Shown in pieces: positions 51,838 through 61,341 of a stretch of 64,000 nucleotides of DNA (position 1 is the stretch's first letter; the number at the start of each line of letters is the position of its first letter). A model generated the notes under the pieces. The model had not been told where the DNA came from. It saw only the letters and a list, made by a program, of their open reading frames with translations, and did not search any database. The stretch lies in assembly GCA_963663165.1 (NCBI GenBank), contig OY760175.1, forward strand, positions 5,920,001 to 5,984,000, given 5' to 3'. Both the position numbers and the translations under genes were made by a program. This DNA comes from an uncultured Desulfospira sp. (GTDB lineage Bacteria > Desulfobacterota > Desulfobacteria > Desulfobacterales > Desulfobacteraceae).

Positions 51838-51868
51838 ACACTAGATGGGAATTAGAAAATGATTAAAA
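51838..51868 (-). promoter_or_regulatory. 7-4-7 direct-repeat box with -10-like hexamer
   Basis: TTTTAAT-CATT-TTCTAAT-N7-TAGTGT. Confidence 0.55.
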
Positions 51869-52255
51869 TTAAAAACAGTGATGGAAAAAGGATGGAAACC
51901 CGCTTTAGTCCTGGCATTGTTTGCCATTATAGTTCATCCCTGAAGCAGGGCGGCAACCGTTAAAAATTGATTGCCGAACCGGAATGCCCCTTTATTCGGA
52001 CAATTGCGGGCCCCCATAACGGTCTCATTGTTTGCTCATCGAATTGTAGTTTTTTAGCAGCATGTGAGCAAAAAAAATCGGGCTGCCCTGGGAAAAAATC
52101 CCAAGGCAGCCCGGATAAAATTTGAGGGGGCATCCCGATTATCGGCCGGGGCCATATTCCCGGCTTTTGTTAGTTTTGCATCCTTTGGTTGACACAGAGG
52201 AAGTTCCTGGCTTATGGTCATAATTGTTTTGCAGCCAACCATTACGGAGGCCGGG

Positions 52256-53260
52256 ATGAACAAGATGGCAGGAAAGCCAGGGATTTGGGCAGGAACCTAT
52301 AAGGTATTCGGCCTGGGATTTCTGATTTTGGCCATTGCTTTTTTATCCGGCCCAAAGGTGGTCATGGATACCCGGTTACAGCCTGTACACCTTCCCAAAG
52401 ATCTTGATGCATATGTGGCGGATTCTGAATCTGCCTTTGACGACATTGTCCCGGGGGCGGAAAAACGGATTTTTTGGGCAGGAGAGACGCATGTTCAGAC
52501 CCCGTTCTCGGTGATTTATCTTCACGGGTTCTCCGCCACTCGCCAGGAGACGGCCCCGCTGCCGGAGATGATCGCAAAACGGCTGGGCGCCAACCTGTTC
52601 TGCACCCGCTTTACCGGCCATGGACGTACTGGCCAGGCCATGCTGAACGGCAGTGTCAACGCATGGCTCAATGATGCTGTGGAGGCCTTGAAAATCGGGC
52701 AGCGGATCGGTGAAAAGGTCATTGTAACCGGGACCTCAACCGGCGGCACCGTGGCCGCCTGGCTGGCGGCTCAGCCGGTGGCAGCGGATGTTGCGGCATT
52801 TATCCTGATCTCCCCCAATTTCGGCCTTGCCAACAGGATGTCCAAAATTCTGCTCTGGCCATGGGGCAGACATCTTGCCGAGCTTATTATTGGTAAGGAA
52901 AGGTCTTTTGAACCGGATAATCCCGCCCATGGAAAATTTTGGACCCACCGGTATCCTACCCGGGCCCTGCTGCCCATGATGGGGCTGGTCAGCCTGGCCG
53001 GGGATTTGGATATGTCCCGGATTAAAGCGCCGGTACTGGTCATTTACTCCCCTGCCGACCGTGTGGTAGATCCTGCCCGGACAAAAAAGGTATTCAAAAA
53101 ACTGGGCTCAAAACAAAAACAATTGATCCCCTATACCGGGTCAGATGACCCGGATCAGCATGTGCTGGCCGGCGACATTCTGTCTGCCAGTTCAACAAAG
53201 GCCCTGGAAACCATGATCGTTGATTTTATTGCCGGGAAAACCCAAAGCAGTAATCCGTAG
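52256..53260 (+). CDS. Membrane-anchored alpha/beta hydrolase
   Basis: YLHGFSA, GHG, GTSTGG nucleophile elbow, D.VV, H.LAG. Confidence 0.88.
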   Translation: MNKMAGKPGIWAGTYKVFGLGFLILAIAFLSGPKVVMDTRLQPVHLPKDLDAYVADSESAFDDIVPGAEKRIFWAGETHVQTPFSVIYLHGFSATRQETAPLPEMIAKRLGANLFCTRFTGHGRTGQAMLNGSVNAWLNDAVEALKIGQRIGEKVIVTGTSTGGTVAAWLAAQPVAADVAAFILISPNFGLANRMSKILLWPWGRHLAELIIGKERSFEPDNPAHGKFWTHRYPTRALLPMMGLVSLAGDLDMSRIKAPVLVIYSPADRVVDPARTKKVFKKLGSKQKQLIPYTGSDDPDQHVLAGDILSASSTKALETMIVDFIAGKTQSSNP

Positions 53261-53845
53261 GAAATCGGCCCGTGGAGGGCTATTGGCAACCTGGCTCCGG
53301 AGCGTCTTAATTCCCTTAAACATGTCACCACCATTGAATCTATTGGGTTATCTACTCGCATTGAGGGGGGTGAAACTAACGTCTCGGGAGGTCGAGGCTT
53401 TGTTGGCCGGGCTTTACAGGAAATCATAAGGCTCCAGGGATAAGCAGGCGGTGGCCGGGTATGCGGATGTGATGAATACCGTATTAAAGTCCTTTAGCGA
53501 AATTTTTTTATTATCTGGCTTTGAGAAGGACCCAAGGGTCACTTTAGTCTGATGATCCGGACTACAATCCCTGGGTTCTTTTTTTCTTGAACGCTCTGGA
53601 CGCTCTAAAAAATATGTTATCCCGGAAAATAGAACGGGAAAACCTTTTTGTGAAACTAACCCAGGTGTCCCTGCAGATTATTGAACTGGTGAAGGTGCAT
53701 GGAAAGCGTTCTATTTCTGAGATTGAAGCCACTACAAAAGTCAACCGCAACACCCATAAAAAAGCGGCTGGCAGACCTTGCCTAAGATAAATACCTGGTT
53801 CAGCCGGGGCAGGGCAAGGGGACCCGTTATTCGCTTGGGTTGAAA
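53261..53845 (+). pseudogene. Fic-family protein remnant (catalytic centre deleted, frameshifts)
   Basis: WRAIGNLAPERLNSLKHVTTIESIGLSTRIEG...AVAGYADVM N-terminal part and PWVLFFL..L...KIERE...NRNT C-terminal HTH part; HPF..GNGR motif absent. Confidence 0.75.
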
Positions 53846-54135
53846 TAATTTTTGATAGTCTGGCCGGTCAGCTTCAATTAAAGCTGATCTCTCATATCGA
53901 CACAAGATCTTGTGGTAAAGTGATGTCAGAAAAAGCGTTAAATCATACCATTATGTTGCGAGTGGGTCTAACCTGTTAAATTTAAAGGCGATTTTAGCTA
54001 TTCACATTGCAAATCAATATTGTATTAAAATTCAACACGTTAAAAGTTATTTTAGAAATTTTAAAGATCAGTGGCAACATAATTTTTTGTTTTACTACAT
54101 ACCCCTCCAAAGCTAGCAAAAGCTGCTTCAGTGGT

Positions 54136-55155
54136 TCATAAACTGTCAAGCCAGGCGAGGATTTCAGCACTATTTCCCCAGTCGATTAACTCATCAATTT
54201 TTTTGTCATGAGTTATTTTCGATTGCATGTATTCCATGAGCGTATTTTGGACTTCCCGTTTTTTTGACAGATCCAGCTGCAGATAGGTCATTGTTGATTC
54301 AATACTTTGATGACCAAGACGATTTTTGATATCCGATACCGGAGCACCTGAACTGACCATGTTGACCGCGCACGAATGCCTGAAGCAGTGAGCCGGGCTC
54401 AGTCCTTTCAGCCGTTTTTCCGGCAAGGCCAAGGTCAAATACTTCCTGCAAATTTTATTAATTCCATGTCTGGTCATTTCCCGCTTCCGTTGATTGATAA
54501 ACAGCCTATGGGCAAATAAAGGGATGGGATCTACCCTGTGATTGCTGATATAGTCCGAGATCAAGGAGGCGGTTCTGGAGCATAGATTAATCAACCGGTA
54601 TCGGTTTCCCTTTCCCAGGACCGCAATGGTTTCGTTTTCGGGGTCAAAATAATCAAATTCCAATGTGGCAATTTCACTGGCCCGGGCACCGGAGTCATAA
54701 AGCAGATGGAGAATGGTAAAATCCCTCATGCCTTCTTTCTTTTTCAGATCAACGGCACTGAAGACTTTCATGATTTCTTCAGGATATAAAAATCCCATCA
54801 CCTTTTTTTGAGCTCTTTTCTGAGGGATGTTCAGGAGCCTATCGGCAATTCGTTTTTTATCCGGATGCATGAAGCGGATCATCTTGGCCAAAGACTTAAT
54901 CACGGCCAGGCGTTGGTTTCGAGTCTGCACGCTATTTTTTCGGTTTTTTTCCAGATGCTGGAGAAAGGCAAGCACTGCATCCACCGTTAAGTGTTCGATT
55001 TTCAATGACTTGATTTTTATTGAGTGATGATTCGCCAGAAAATGCAGAAATAACGACAGGCTCTGCTGGTAAGCTTGAACACTTTGTTTGCTCGTCCCTT
55101 TTATCGAGGGCAAGTATTCATAAAAATACTGGTGCAGGCAACTTGTCAATCTCAT
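54136..55155 (-). CDS. Tyrosine recombinase (RitC-like)
   Basis: TRNQRLA, SGARASE, GKGNRYR, HCFRHS, LGHQSIESTMTY. Confidence 0.92.
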   Translation of the reverse strand: MRLTSCLHQYFYEYLPSIKGTSKQSVQAYQQSLSLFLHFLANHHSIKIKSLKIEHLTVDAVLAFLQHLEKNRKNSVQTRNQRLAVIKSLAKMIRFMHPDKKRIADRLLNIPQKRAQKKVMGFLYPEEIMKVFSAVDLKKKEGMRDFTILHLLYDSGARASEIATLEFDYFDPENETIAVLGKGNRYRLINLCSRTASLISDYISNHRVDPIPLFAHRLFINQRKREMTRHGINKICRKYLTLALPEKRLKGLSPAHCFRHSCAVNMVSSGAPVSDIKNRLGHQSIESTMTYLQLDLSKKREVQNTLMEYMQSKITHDKKIDELIDWGNSAEILAWLDSL

Positions 55156-56129
55156 GCACCCTCGCTTTTTGATTTCGAAAAATCAAACAGTTGCCAACGG
55201 TGCTCAGCATCCAGTACCTTCAAATAATAGGTTGTGTATTTGTATTTGCTGTGCCCCATATAAGCCGCCAGTACAGGCAGGGCATTTTGGCAGGATTTTC
55301 CTTGCTGTTTTATCCTTTTCAGCGTGTTCACAGCAAACGAATGCCGCAGGGAATGATGTGAAGGCTGGCTGAAGTTTGTAGTACCGATTATTTTCCGGGA
55401 GTGATCAAAATTAATATCTGTGAGAGCCTGTTTAAATCTGCGATTTATAAACATACGTACCAGTTTTTTCCCTTTCACCTTTACCAGCAAAAAAGGGCTG
55501 TCATCCTCATCAGGGAATAACCGGCGAACTTTTAGCAGGTTGTTGATTTCATAGGCTACGGCTTTGGGTATAGGGATCAATCGATCTTTTCTAAATTTTG
55601 TCTTTTCAATATAGATTGTTCTTTCTTCGGGCCTGTAATGGGTTTTCAATAAATTAAGTGTCTCCGAGGTTCTAAGTCCGCACCGGGCCATCAACAAAAA
55701 GGCTATATAAGCACTGAAATCTGACACATAGAATCTCTGGCTTGTCCGCATCGACTTGATTACAGCTTTGAGAAAACGGTCTGTTTCTTCCGGAGAAAAT
55801 ATAAAAGGAATAACGTGATTTTCCTGTAGCTCAGTGATTTCCTGCAACGGATTTTCCAGGATCACATCTTTGCGTATAAGATAATTGAAAAAGATCTTGA
55901 GCATTCTAAAAATCGTATTTATGGACCGGGGTTCAAGATCAAGTTCTGCTCTGAACCGGATAAAAAACAGCGGATCAAAGGATGTCCAAGTCACTTGTTT
56001 TTCAGACACATATCGATCAAGTACCCTAAGACCGTACATCATTGAGGTGTTTGAGTACCCCAGTTGAAAACGATATGTGATAAAATCCTCCATTTGTTCA
56101 GCCAAGAAACTTTTAAAACGTTTCATCAA
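55152..56129 (-). CDS. Tyrosine recombinase (RitB-like)
   Basis: PFIFS, CGLRTSE, TKFRKDRLIP, HSLRHSFAV, LAAYMGH...T.YY. Confidence 0.92.
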   Translation of the reverse strand: MMKRFKSFLAEQMEDFITYRFQLGYSNTSMMYGLRVLDRYVSEKQVTWTSFDPLFFIRFRAELDLEPRSINTIFRMLKIFFNYLIRKDVILENPLQEITELQENHVIPFIFSPEETDRFLKAVIKSMRTSQRFYVSDFSAYIAFLLMARCGLRTSETLNLLKTHYRPEERTIYIEKTKFRKDRLIPIPKAVAYEINNLLKVRRLFPDEDDSPFLLVKVKGKKLVRMFINRRFKQALTDINFDHSRKIIGTTNFSQPSHHSLRHSFAVNTLKRIKQQGKSCQNALPVLAAYMGHSKYKYTTYYLKVLDAEHRWQLFDFSKSKSEGA

Positions 56130-57000
56130 GGATAACCTCCCGCATCAGGCCGATATGAATGCTCAGATACTTTTTTGTCGAATCGAGGCTTTTATGTCCC
56201 ATCATTTCTTTGATTTCATAGATGGACATACCGGACTCCAACATATTCTGGGCAAATGAATGCCGCAGCCAGTATGTGCTTGATCCAAGATTGTTTTTCG
56301 TCATGCATTCTTTTATATCTCGGGGGATATCGCTCCTGTTGGCCGGTTTATAAGGTGGTGTCAACTGTAAAAATAGAACTCGGGATTGAGTTTCAGGTCT
56401 CCCGCCCACAATATAGGCAGTGATCGCTTTGATTATGTTATCGGGAAGGGGAAGATGAGCAGGATTGCAATTTTTTCTTGAACGGATAAAAATCTCTTTC
56501 TGTCTAAATGAGATGTCATCCAGAGTTAGCAACCTGATTTCTTTCGGCCTTAACCCCAGATAACATGCCAGATGCAGGGTGGCATTGGTGCGAAGGTCTT
56601 TTGCTGTTGACAGGTCCAGACTGTCAAACAACTTTTGAATTTCATGAGTGCGCAAAAATTTGGGCGGCTTTGGTGGTCCGAACTCCGGAGGGCTTACCAC
56701 TAAAGCGCCAAGGTCCTTTTTAAGATCTCCGTGTTGATAAAGGTACTTTAAAAATCTTCGTACATGTGACCGGTGCGTCCTGCATGTCCCGGGAGCACGC
56801 CCCTTGTTGCAGACTGCTAAAAATTGATCGACCTGGTCAATGGATATGTTGCCCAAAGAGGTGTTTTCCCCCTGAAGATAGGCCGCAAAATTTGTTAATG
56901 TCCTTTTTGTATAGGACACCGCATCCCCGGAAGCTTGATCTCGACAGTAGTCCAGGTATTTCTCCACTGCTTTGGTGACCTTATTGTCAACTTCCATCAT
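56113..57000 (-). CDS. Tyrosine recombinase (RitA-like, short)
   Basis: PKFL, LGLRPKEI, LRHSFA, MGHKSLDSTKKY; GGAGG RBS before ATG 57000. Confidence 0.88.
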   Translation of the reverse strand: MMEVDNKVTKAVEKYLDYCRDQASGDAVSYTKRTLTNFAAYLQGENTSLGNISIDQVDQFLAVCNKGRAPGTCRTHRSHVRRFLKYLYQHGDLKKDLGALVVSPPEFGPPKPPKFLRTHEIQKLFDSLDLSTAKDLRTNATLHLACYLGLRPKEIRLLTLDDISFRQKEIFIRSRKNCNPAHLPLPDNIIKAITAYIVGGRPETQSRVLFLQLTPPYKPANRSDIPRDIKECMTKNNLGSSTYWLRHSFAQNMLESGMSIYEIKEMMGHKSLDSTKKYLSIHIGLMREVILDETF

Positions 57001-57472
57001 GGCTGCCTCCAAAAGATTGCAGGACAAGGCTGCGGATGGTTGCCGGATCGTGCAGTTCCATGTCTTTTTGGCTTTGAAGGGGGGCTGCTGAGGGCAGAGC
57101 CACTCTTTCCGGAAGGGACAATACTTGGAAAAGGTTGCCGTCAAATGCGACCAGGTTCTTGTCAATCAAGGCATTCCTGGCAAGGATGTAGTCATCAACA
57201 CAAATCCTGAGCAGGGTGCAGATTTTATCATAGCCGTAATAGGACAGCCCATGACGATCCGCCACGATAATCAAAAACAGGTACAGCAGGAGCTGATGAT
57301 GATCCAGGCTTGCCCAGAATCCGTCCCGCAGGAACCGGTGTTCGATAAAAGCAAAGCTTCCTGCAATTTTTCTGATGCGGCAGGGATCTATGGGATTTTT
57401 TGCAATGGACGCACGAAAACGGCGTTGGGGCTTTTGATTCCGATTTTTGGCTTTATTTTGTCCGGTCTCCAT
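56987..57472 (-). CDS. Winged-HTH-like hypothetical protein
   Basis: RKIAGSFAFIEHRFL...LYLFL..VADR.GLSYY....IC.LL; AAGGAGG RBS; overlaps the first recombinase. Confidence 0.75.
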   Translation of the reverse strand: METGQNKAKNRNQKPQRRFRASIAKNPIDPCRIRKIAGSFAFIEHRFLRDGFWASLDHHQLLLYLFLIIVADRHGLSYYGYDKICTLLRICVDDYILARNALIDKNLVAFDGNLFQVLSLPERVALPSAAPLQSQKDMELHDPATIRSLVLQSFGGSHDGS

Positions 57473-57519
57473 GGCATTGCCTCCTTGAAATGATCGTTAA
57501 AGGCAATTTACCCTTTTTC

Positions 57520-58128
57520 TCAGGGGGGATCAGGCCCCGTTTGTTGTTGGAACCGGCTTTTTCCATGATGTTTTTTTTGAGGGCGAGGGCCAAACCCTAA
57601 CGGCGGTGGCAGGATATCCAAATGTGAAGCGGCAAGTTCCCGGAGATGGGGTAAAACAAACTCAACCCCAAGTGCAGATCTCAATGATGATAAGGTTGCC
57701 TGACCATCATTGGATAAGGACGGAATCAGGTCGATTAATAAAATCAAACTTACATGAATCAAAAACAGTCTGTGCCTCATCCATCGCAAGACACCAGGCA
57801 GGCCGATATCTGGACGCATATTGTCTGCTGCGGCCTCCTGGCTTGGTGCTGCTTCGATCTGATTGATGACCGTTTCCGCCTCCATCAGTGTCCCTGGCAG
57901 ACGTGAGGACAGGCAATCGGGCAACAGCCCGAAGGTGGTCCTGCCATCCGGACAATACCACCGGGCGATTTTTGCACCGTCGGGATACTTTCTGCAATAG
58001 GTCCCATGCCTGGCAAATTTGCAGCCACCTTCCGGATGTAACGGGCACCGATCCAGTTTTGCATCTTTCCATGCCTCCTCCTCTATATATTGTTCAACAG
58101 GAATGTCGGTGGCGAATCGGAGCTGCAC
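57520..58128 (-). CDS. Cys/His Zn-finger-like protein (DUF6431-like, transposon-associated)
   Basis: CPLH....C...RHGTY.R....IARWYCP....TF.LLPD.L. Confidence 0.65.
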   Translation of the reverse strand: MQLRFATDIPVEQYIEEEAWKDAKLDRCPLHPEGGCKFARHGTYCRKYPDGAKIARWYCPDGRTTFGLLPDCLSSRLPGTLMEAETVINQIEAAPSQEAAADNMRPDIGLPGVLRWMRHRLFLIHVSLILLIDLIPSLSNDGQATLSSLRSALGVEFVLPHLRELAASHLDILPPPLGFGPRPQKKHHGKSRFQQQTGPDPP

Positions 58129-58157
58129 GACTTTAACCTTGCGTTAAAATTCAAAAT

Positions 58158-58583
58158 ATGAAACATTTTCCCATGGCAAAGATCGGTCGCAATACACCAT
58201 GCCCTTGCGGCAGCGGTAAGAAATATAAGAAGTGTTGTTTGTCGTTGCAGTCAGCGGGAACTCAACCCAAGCCCTATCCTGCCGGGTTTACACCAGTTTA
58301 CACGGAATTGGATCTGCTTTCAAACAGTGTGATTGATCTGATCGATGAAAACAAATTCGACGAGGCAGAAGCTGTATCAAAGAGATTATTGCATGAATAT
58401 CCAAATCAGATTGACGGCTTTCACAGGTTGGGACAGGTCTATGAAGCTCAGGGAAAAAAGCATGAAGCGGGAGAATACTATCAAAAAGCCGCAGATTTTG
58501 CCCGGACAATGCCGGGTTTTGATCCGGAAACTGTTGAACGCTTCCTTTTAAAAGCAAAGAAATATAGGGAAGAAGCAAAGTAG
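58158..58583 (+). CDS. SEC-C motif + TPR protein
   Basis: [20 protein letters not shown] followed by TPR-like helices. Confidence 0.85.
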   Translation: MKHFPMAKIGRNTPCPCGSGKKYKKCCLSLQSAGTQPKPYPAGFTPVYTELDLLSNSVIDLIDENKFDEAEAVSKRLLHEYPNQIDGFHRLGQVYEAQGKKHEAGEYYQKAADFARTMPGFDPETVERFLLKAKKYREEAK

Positions 58584-58785
58584 AAAAACTATATCCAAAG
58601 AAAATAACTCATTTAGAACTTTTTATAGAAGAAAATCTCGCTACAAAAAAAAGTCGCAACATAAATACCATAAATCCTCAGTCAGTTTTATCCGGTAATA
58701 AATTAATTATTCTTGCATTTCCCTTTCGGAGATGATTACTATCCAGAATCATTGTGTTTTAGAACCTCATCTAACTCAGAGCAAA

Positions 58786-59081
58786 GACCCCGGAGGGGTC
58801 ACGGAATATAGCCCCGGGTGTGAACCCGGGGTCTTATAATGCAGTATTCATAATAACTCCGAAGGAGTGACAGAACTTATATAGAAAACCAGACTGAACA
58901 CCATAGGAAAAAAACATTTGAAGAGGAATTAGTTGAAATATTGGAGAAACATGGTGTTAACTTTGATCCAAAATATCTTTGGGGCTGAAATCAATTCTGT
59001 CGCTCCTTCGGAGCTTGGGGTGACTGTTCTGAATCCCCCGGGTTCACACCCGGGGCTATAATCCCGGCCTCCTTCGGAGGC
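58786..59081. mobile_element. Inverted REP-like hairpin arrays flanking an IS200/RAYT-type tnpA 3' fragment
   Basis: tatagccccgggtgtgaacccgggg / ccccgggttcacacccggggctata and ctccgaaggag / ctccttcggag mirrored; 58878-58988 encodes YIENQTEHHRKKTFEEELVEILEKHGVNFDPKYLWG*. Confidence 0.8.
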
Positions 59082-59352
59082 AAACCATCCGCCACAAACC
59101 AAATTTATTTCAGCTTCAAATTACCTAATTTTGCCCTATAAATTTTCGTTTTATTCTGGATCAGAGTAAATGTTGACTATGATTGTTCGTTTTCCCGATA
59201 AATGACCCGGCACTGTATCTTGTGGTCACTTCCTTTTGTTGAAGGGCCAGGCGTATATATTGAATTTAGCACGGCGGTGGCCCCCAAAAATACATGCTTG
59301 GGTTGCAGCTGTGCGGTATGGTGGTCTATTGGTTTTCCGTCCGGTAGATCGG

Positions 59353-60036
59353 TCAGATCAGGCCCAGAACCATGGACAGGGTCCCGAGAAGGGAGTGAGA
59401 CAGCGCAATTGCCCAGATATTGGGTTTTTTAATGAAGATGATTCCCCAGGAAAGTCCGCTGATCAGGGCGATAACGATCAGGGGCGGGTGGTGGTAAATG
59501 ATATGAAGCAGGCCAAAGGAAAGGGTGGATATAAATAGAAAAAAGCCGTTTCCCGCCTCCGTGATCCGCTTGATTTCCGAGCGTAAAATGGCCCTGAAGA
59601 TCAGCTCCTGAACCGGTCCCAGGAAAAAAATATAAAACAGATACACATGGGGAAGATAGCTTTGCGCCTTTGGCCTTGAAAAGCCGGCCTTGTGCATGAA
59701 TACAAGCCCGATGCCGCCGATAACACAAAAACATAAATTCCAGATCAGGGAACTTTTCAGGTTATCGGTCCTAAAGCCAAGTTCAAGACGGCTGTACTGC
59801 CGGTAAAAATAAACCCAGGCAAACCCGGGCAGGGTGCTGAAAAAAGCGAAAAACCGGTATTCAAAGGGAATGATTTCAAGCCAGATCAGAAAAACCGGCG
59901 CATAACAAAGGAACAGCAGCAAAAGCAGGGGCCGGTAGGGGGTATAAAATTCATAAGCCGCCTGTCCATGAACATGGATTCCTTTTCTGGTTTCAACAAT
60001 AGAAAAAGAATCCAATATCGCCTGTTTCTGATTCAT
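59353..60036 (-). CDS. CPBP (CAAX/Abi) family intramembrane glutamic protease
   Basis: GPVQELIFRA, FGLLH, LSHS motifs; multi-TM. Confidence 0.85.
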   Translation of the reverse strand: MNQKQAILDSFSIVETRKGIHVHGQAAYEFYTPYRPLLLLLFLCYAPVFLIWLEIIPFEYRFFAFFSTLPGFAWVYFYRQYSRLELGFRTDNLKSSLIWNLCFCVIGGIGLVFMHKAGFSRPKAQSYLPHVYLFYIFFLGPVQELIFRAILRSEIKRITEAGNGFFLFISTLSFGLLHIIYHHPPLIVIALISGLSWGIIFIKKPNIWAIALSHSLLGTLSMVLGLI

Positions 60037-60291
60037 TGATTCGCCCTGGGTCCTTGTGTGTCCTTTGGGGGTTAACCGAGATACCCCGATACACTAACAT
60101 AATTTTAATAAAAATAAAATTTATTACACATTATTTTAGTTAATATATTGATATTAAAGATAGAATCGTATCTAATGATTTGCTAATTATTTGGGGGATT
60201 GCGGTTTTCCGGGGACTTGTCCGTACCGGTGGGCTGGGCGTCGATAGCCCCGGGTGATCGCATGCAGCTTGCCCGCCGGTGTCGTTGATCC

Positions 60292-60360
60292 AAACAAATA
60301 TGAGGCACTGGTGGACAGTTACGGACCCCGGGATTTTCATTTTCCGGCATCAGCTGAATA
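60292..60360 (+). repeat. Degenerate copy of the MITE right half
   Basis: aaacaaatatgaggcactggtggacagttacggaccc...gcatcagctgaata matches 41793-41862. Confidence 0.75.
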
Positions 60361-60417
60361 GGGCCTGAATTTTTTATAAAATAAAGAAAAAAACCTTGAC
60401 TAATGCCCTTGGGGTGT

Positions 60418-60462
60418 TGCAAAGTATTTTTCAAACACTAAACTAATGAAAAATTTATTTCA
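60418..60462 (+). promoter_or_regulatory. Putative RpiR-family operator pair
   Basis: TGCAAAGTATTTTTCA and TGAAAAATTTATTTCA near-palindromes directly before the regulator start; TTGACT upstream. Confidence 0.5.
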
Positions 60463-61341
60463 ATGAGCCATAAATCAAATTTTTATAAGCGGATCACCCA
60501 AAACCAGGCGGCATTCAGCCCGAACGATAAAAAGATAGCCGAGTATCTGCTCCACTCATATCCGGGCGGACTGCTTGAAACCGCTTCGGCGATTGCGGGT
60601 AAGCTGGATTTGAGTGTTGCAACGATTACACGATTTTTCCCGAAAATCGGTTTCAACAGTATCCGGGACGCACAAGAGGAATTCAAAAACAGGTTCGACT
60701 TTTTAAAGGATTCCCCACTGGACCGGTATCAGAAAAAGAGAACTGCTGAAGAAAACAAAACCATATTCGACAAGGCCTGGGATCTGGATATGGCCAACAT
60801 TCAGCAAACCGCCGCCAACATAGACAAAAAAGATGTCCAACAGTTTGTGGACCTGATCTGCAGTAAAGACAGAACCATTTACATTGTCGGCGAACGCAAA
60901 ATGTTTGCCATGTCCTTTTATCTTTATGTTCAGCTCAACTCACTTCATCCGAACATTGTCCATATCCGGACCGATCAGTCCCTGATTGCGGATACGGTGG
61001 CCAAAGCCCGCCCCGAAGATGTGTTGATCCTCTTTGACTTCAGGCGCTACCCAAAGGCAAGCATCCGGCTTGCGGATATCTTTCGGACCATGGGGTGCAA
61101 AATTGTCGTCATCGGGGACTCTCCGATTTCCCCTAGTATCGGATATGCCGATATCTCCTTTTTAGTGGAGACCAAGGGCGTTTCCATTTTTGATTCCTAT
61201 ACACCGGGCATGACCTTAATTAACGCCCTGGTTGCCGAGGTGGCCCAGAAATCCGGGGATTATGTCATAGCGCACCATGAAAAATTAGAGGAATGCTACC
61301 GGAAACTGGAATTGTTCACCAATTATCAGGATAAGACATGA
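60463..61341 (+). CDS. MurR/RpiR family transcriptional regulator
   Basis: KIAEYLL, SVATITRF..KIGF HTH plus SIS domain. Confidence 0.92.
   Translation: MSHKSNFYKRITQNQAAFSPNDKKIAEYLLHSYPGGLLETASAIAGKLDLSVATITRFFPKIGFNSIRDAQEEFKNRFDFLKDSPLDRYQKKRTAEENKTIFDKAWDLDMANIQQTAANIDKKDVQQFVDLICSKDRTIYIVGERKMFAMSFYLYVQLNSLHPNIVHIRTDQSLIADTVAKARPEDVLILFDFRRYPKASIRLADIFRTMGCKIVVIGDSPISPSIGYADISFLVETKGVSIFDSYTPGMTLINALVAEVAQKSGDYVIAHHEKLEECYRKLELFTNYQDKT

Larger units (their letters stand above)
53951..58664 (-). mobile_element. RIT (recombinase-in-trio) element with three cargo genes
   Basis: Perfect 11 bp terminal IR TTATGTTGCGA / TCGCAACATAA; ATACCA direct repeat at 53945-53950 and 58665-58670; three overlapping tyrosine recombinases. 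Confidence 0.88.

Noticed and set aside
56113..57165. 350 aa version of the first RIT recombinase
   Set aside because: The first 55 codons overlap the wHTH gene; the RBS supports the start at 57000.
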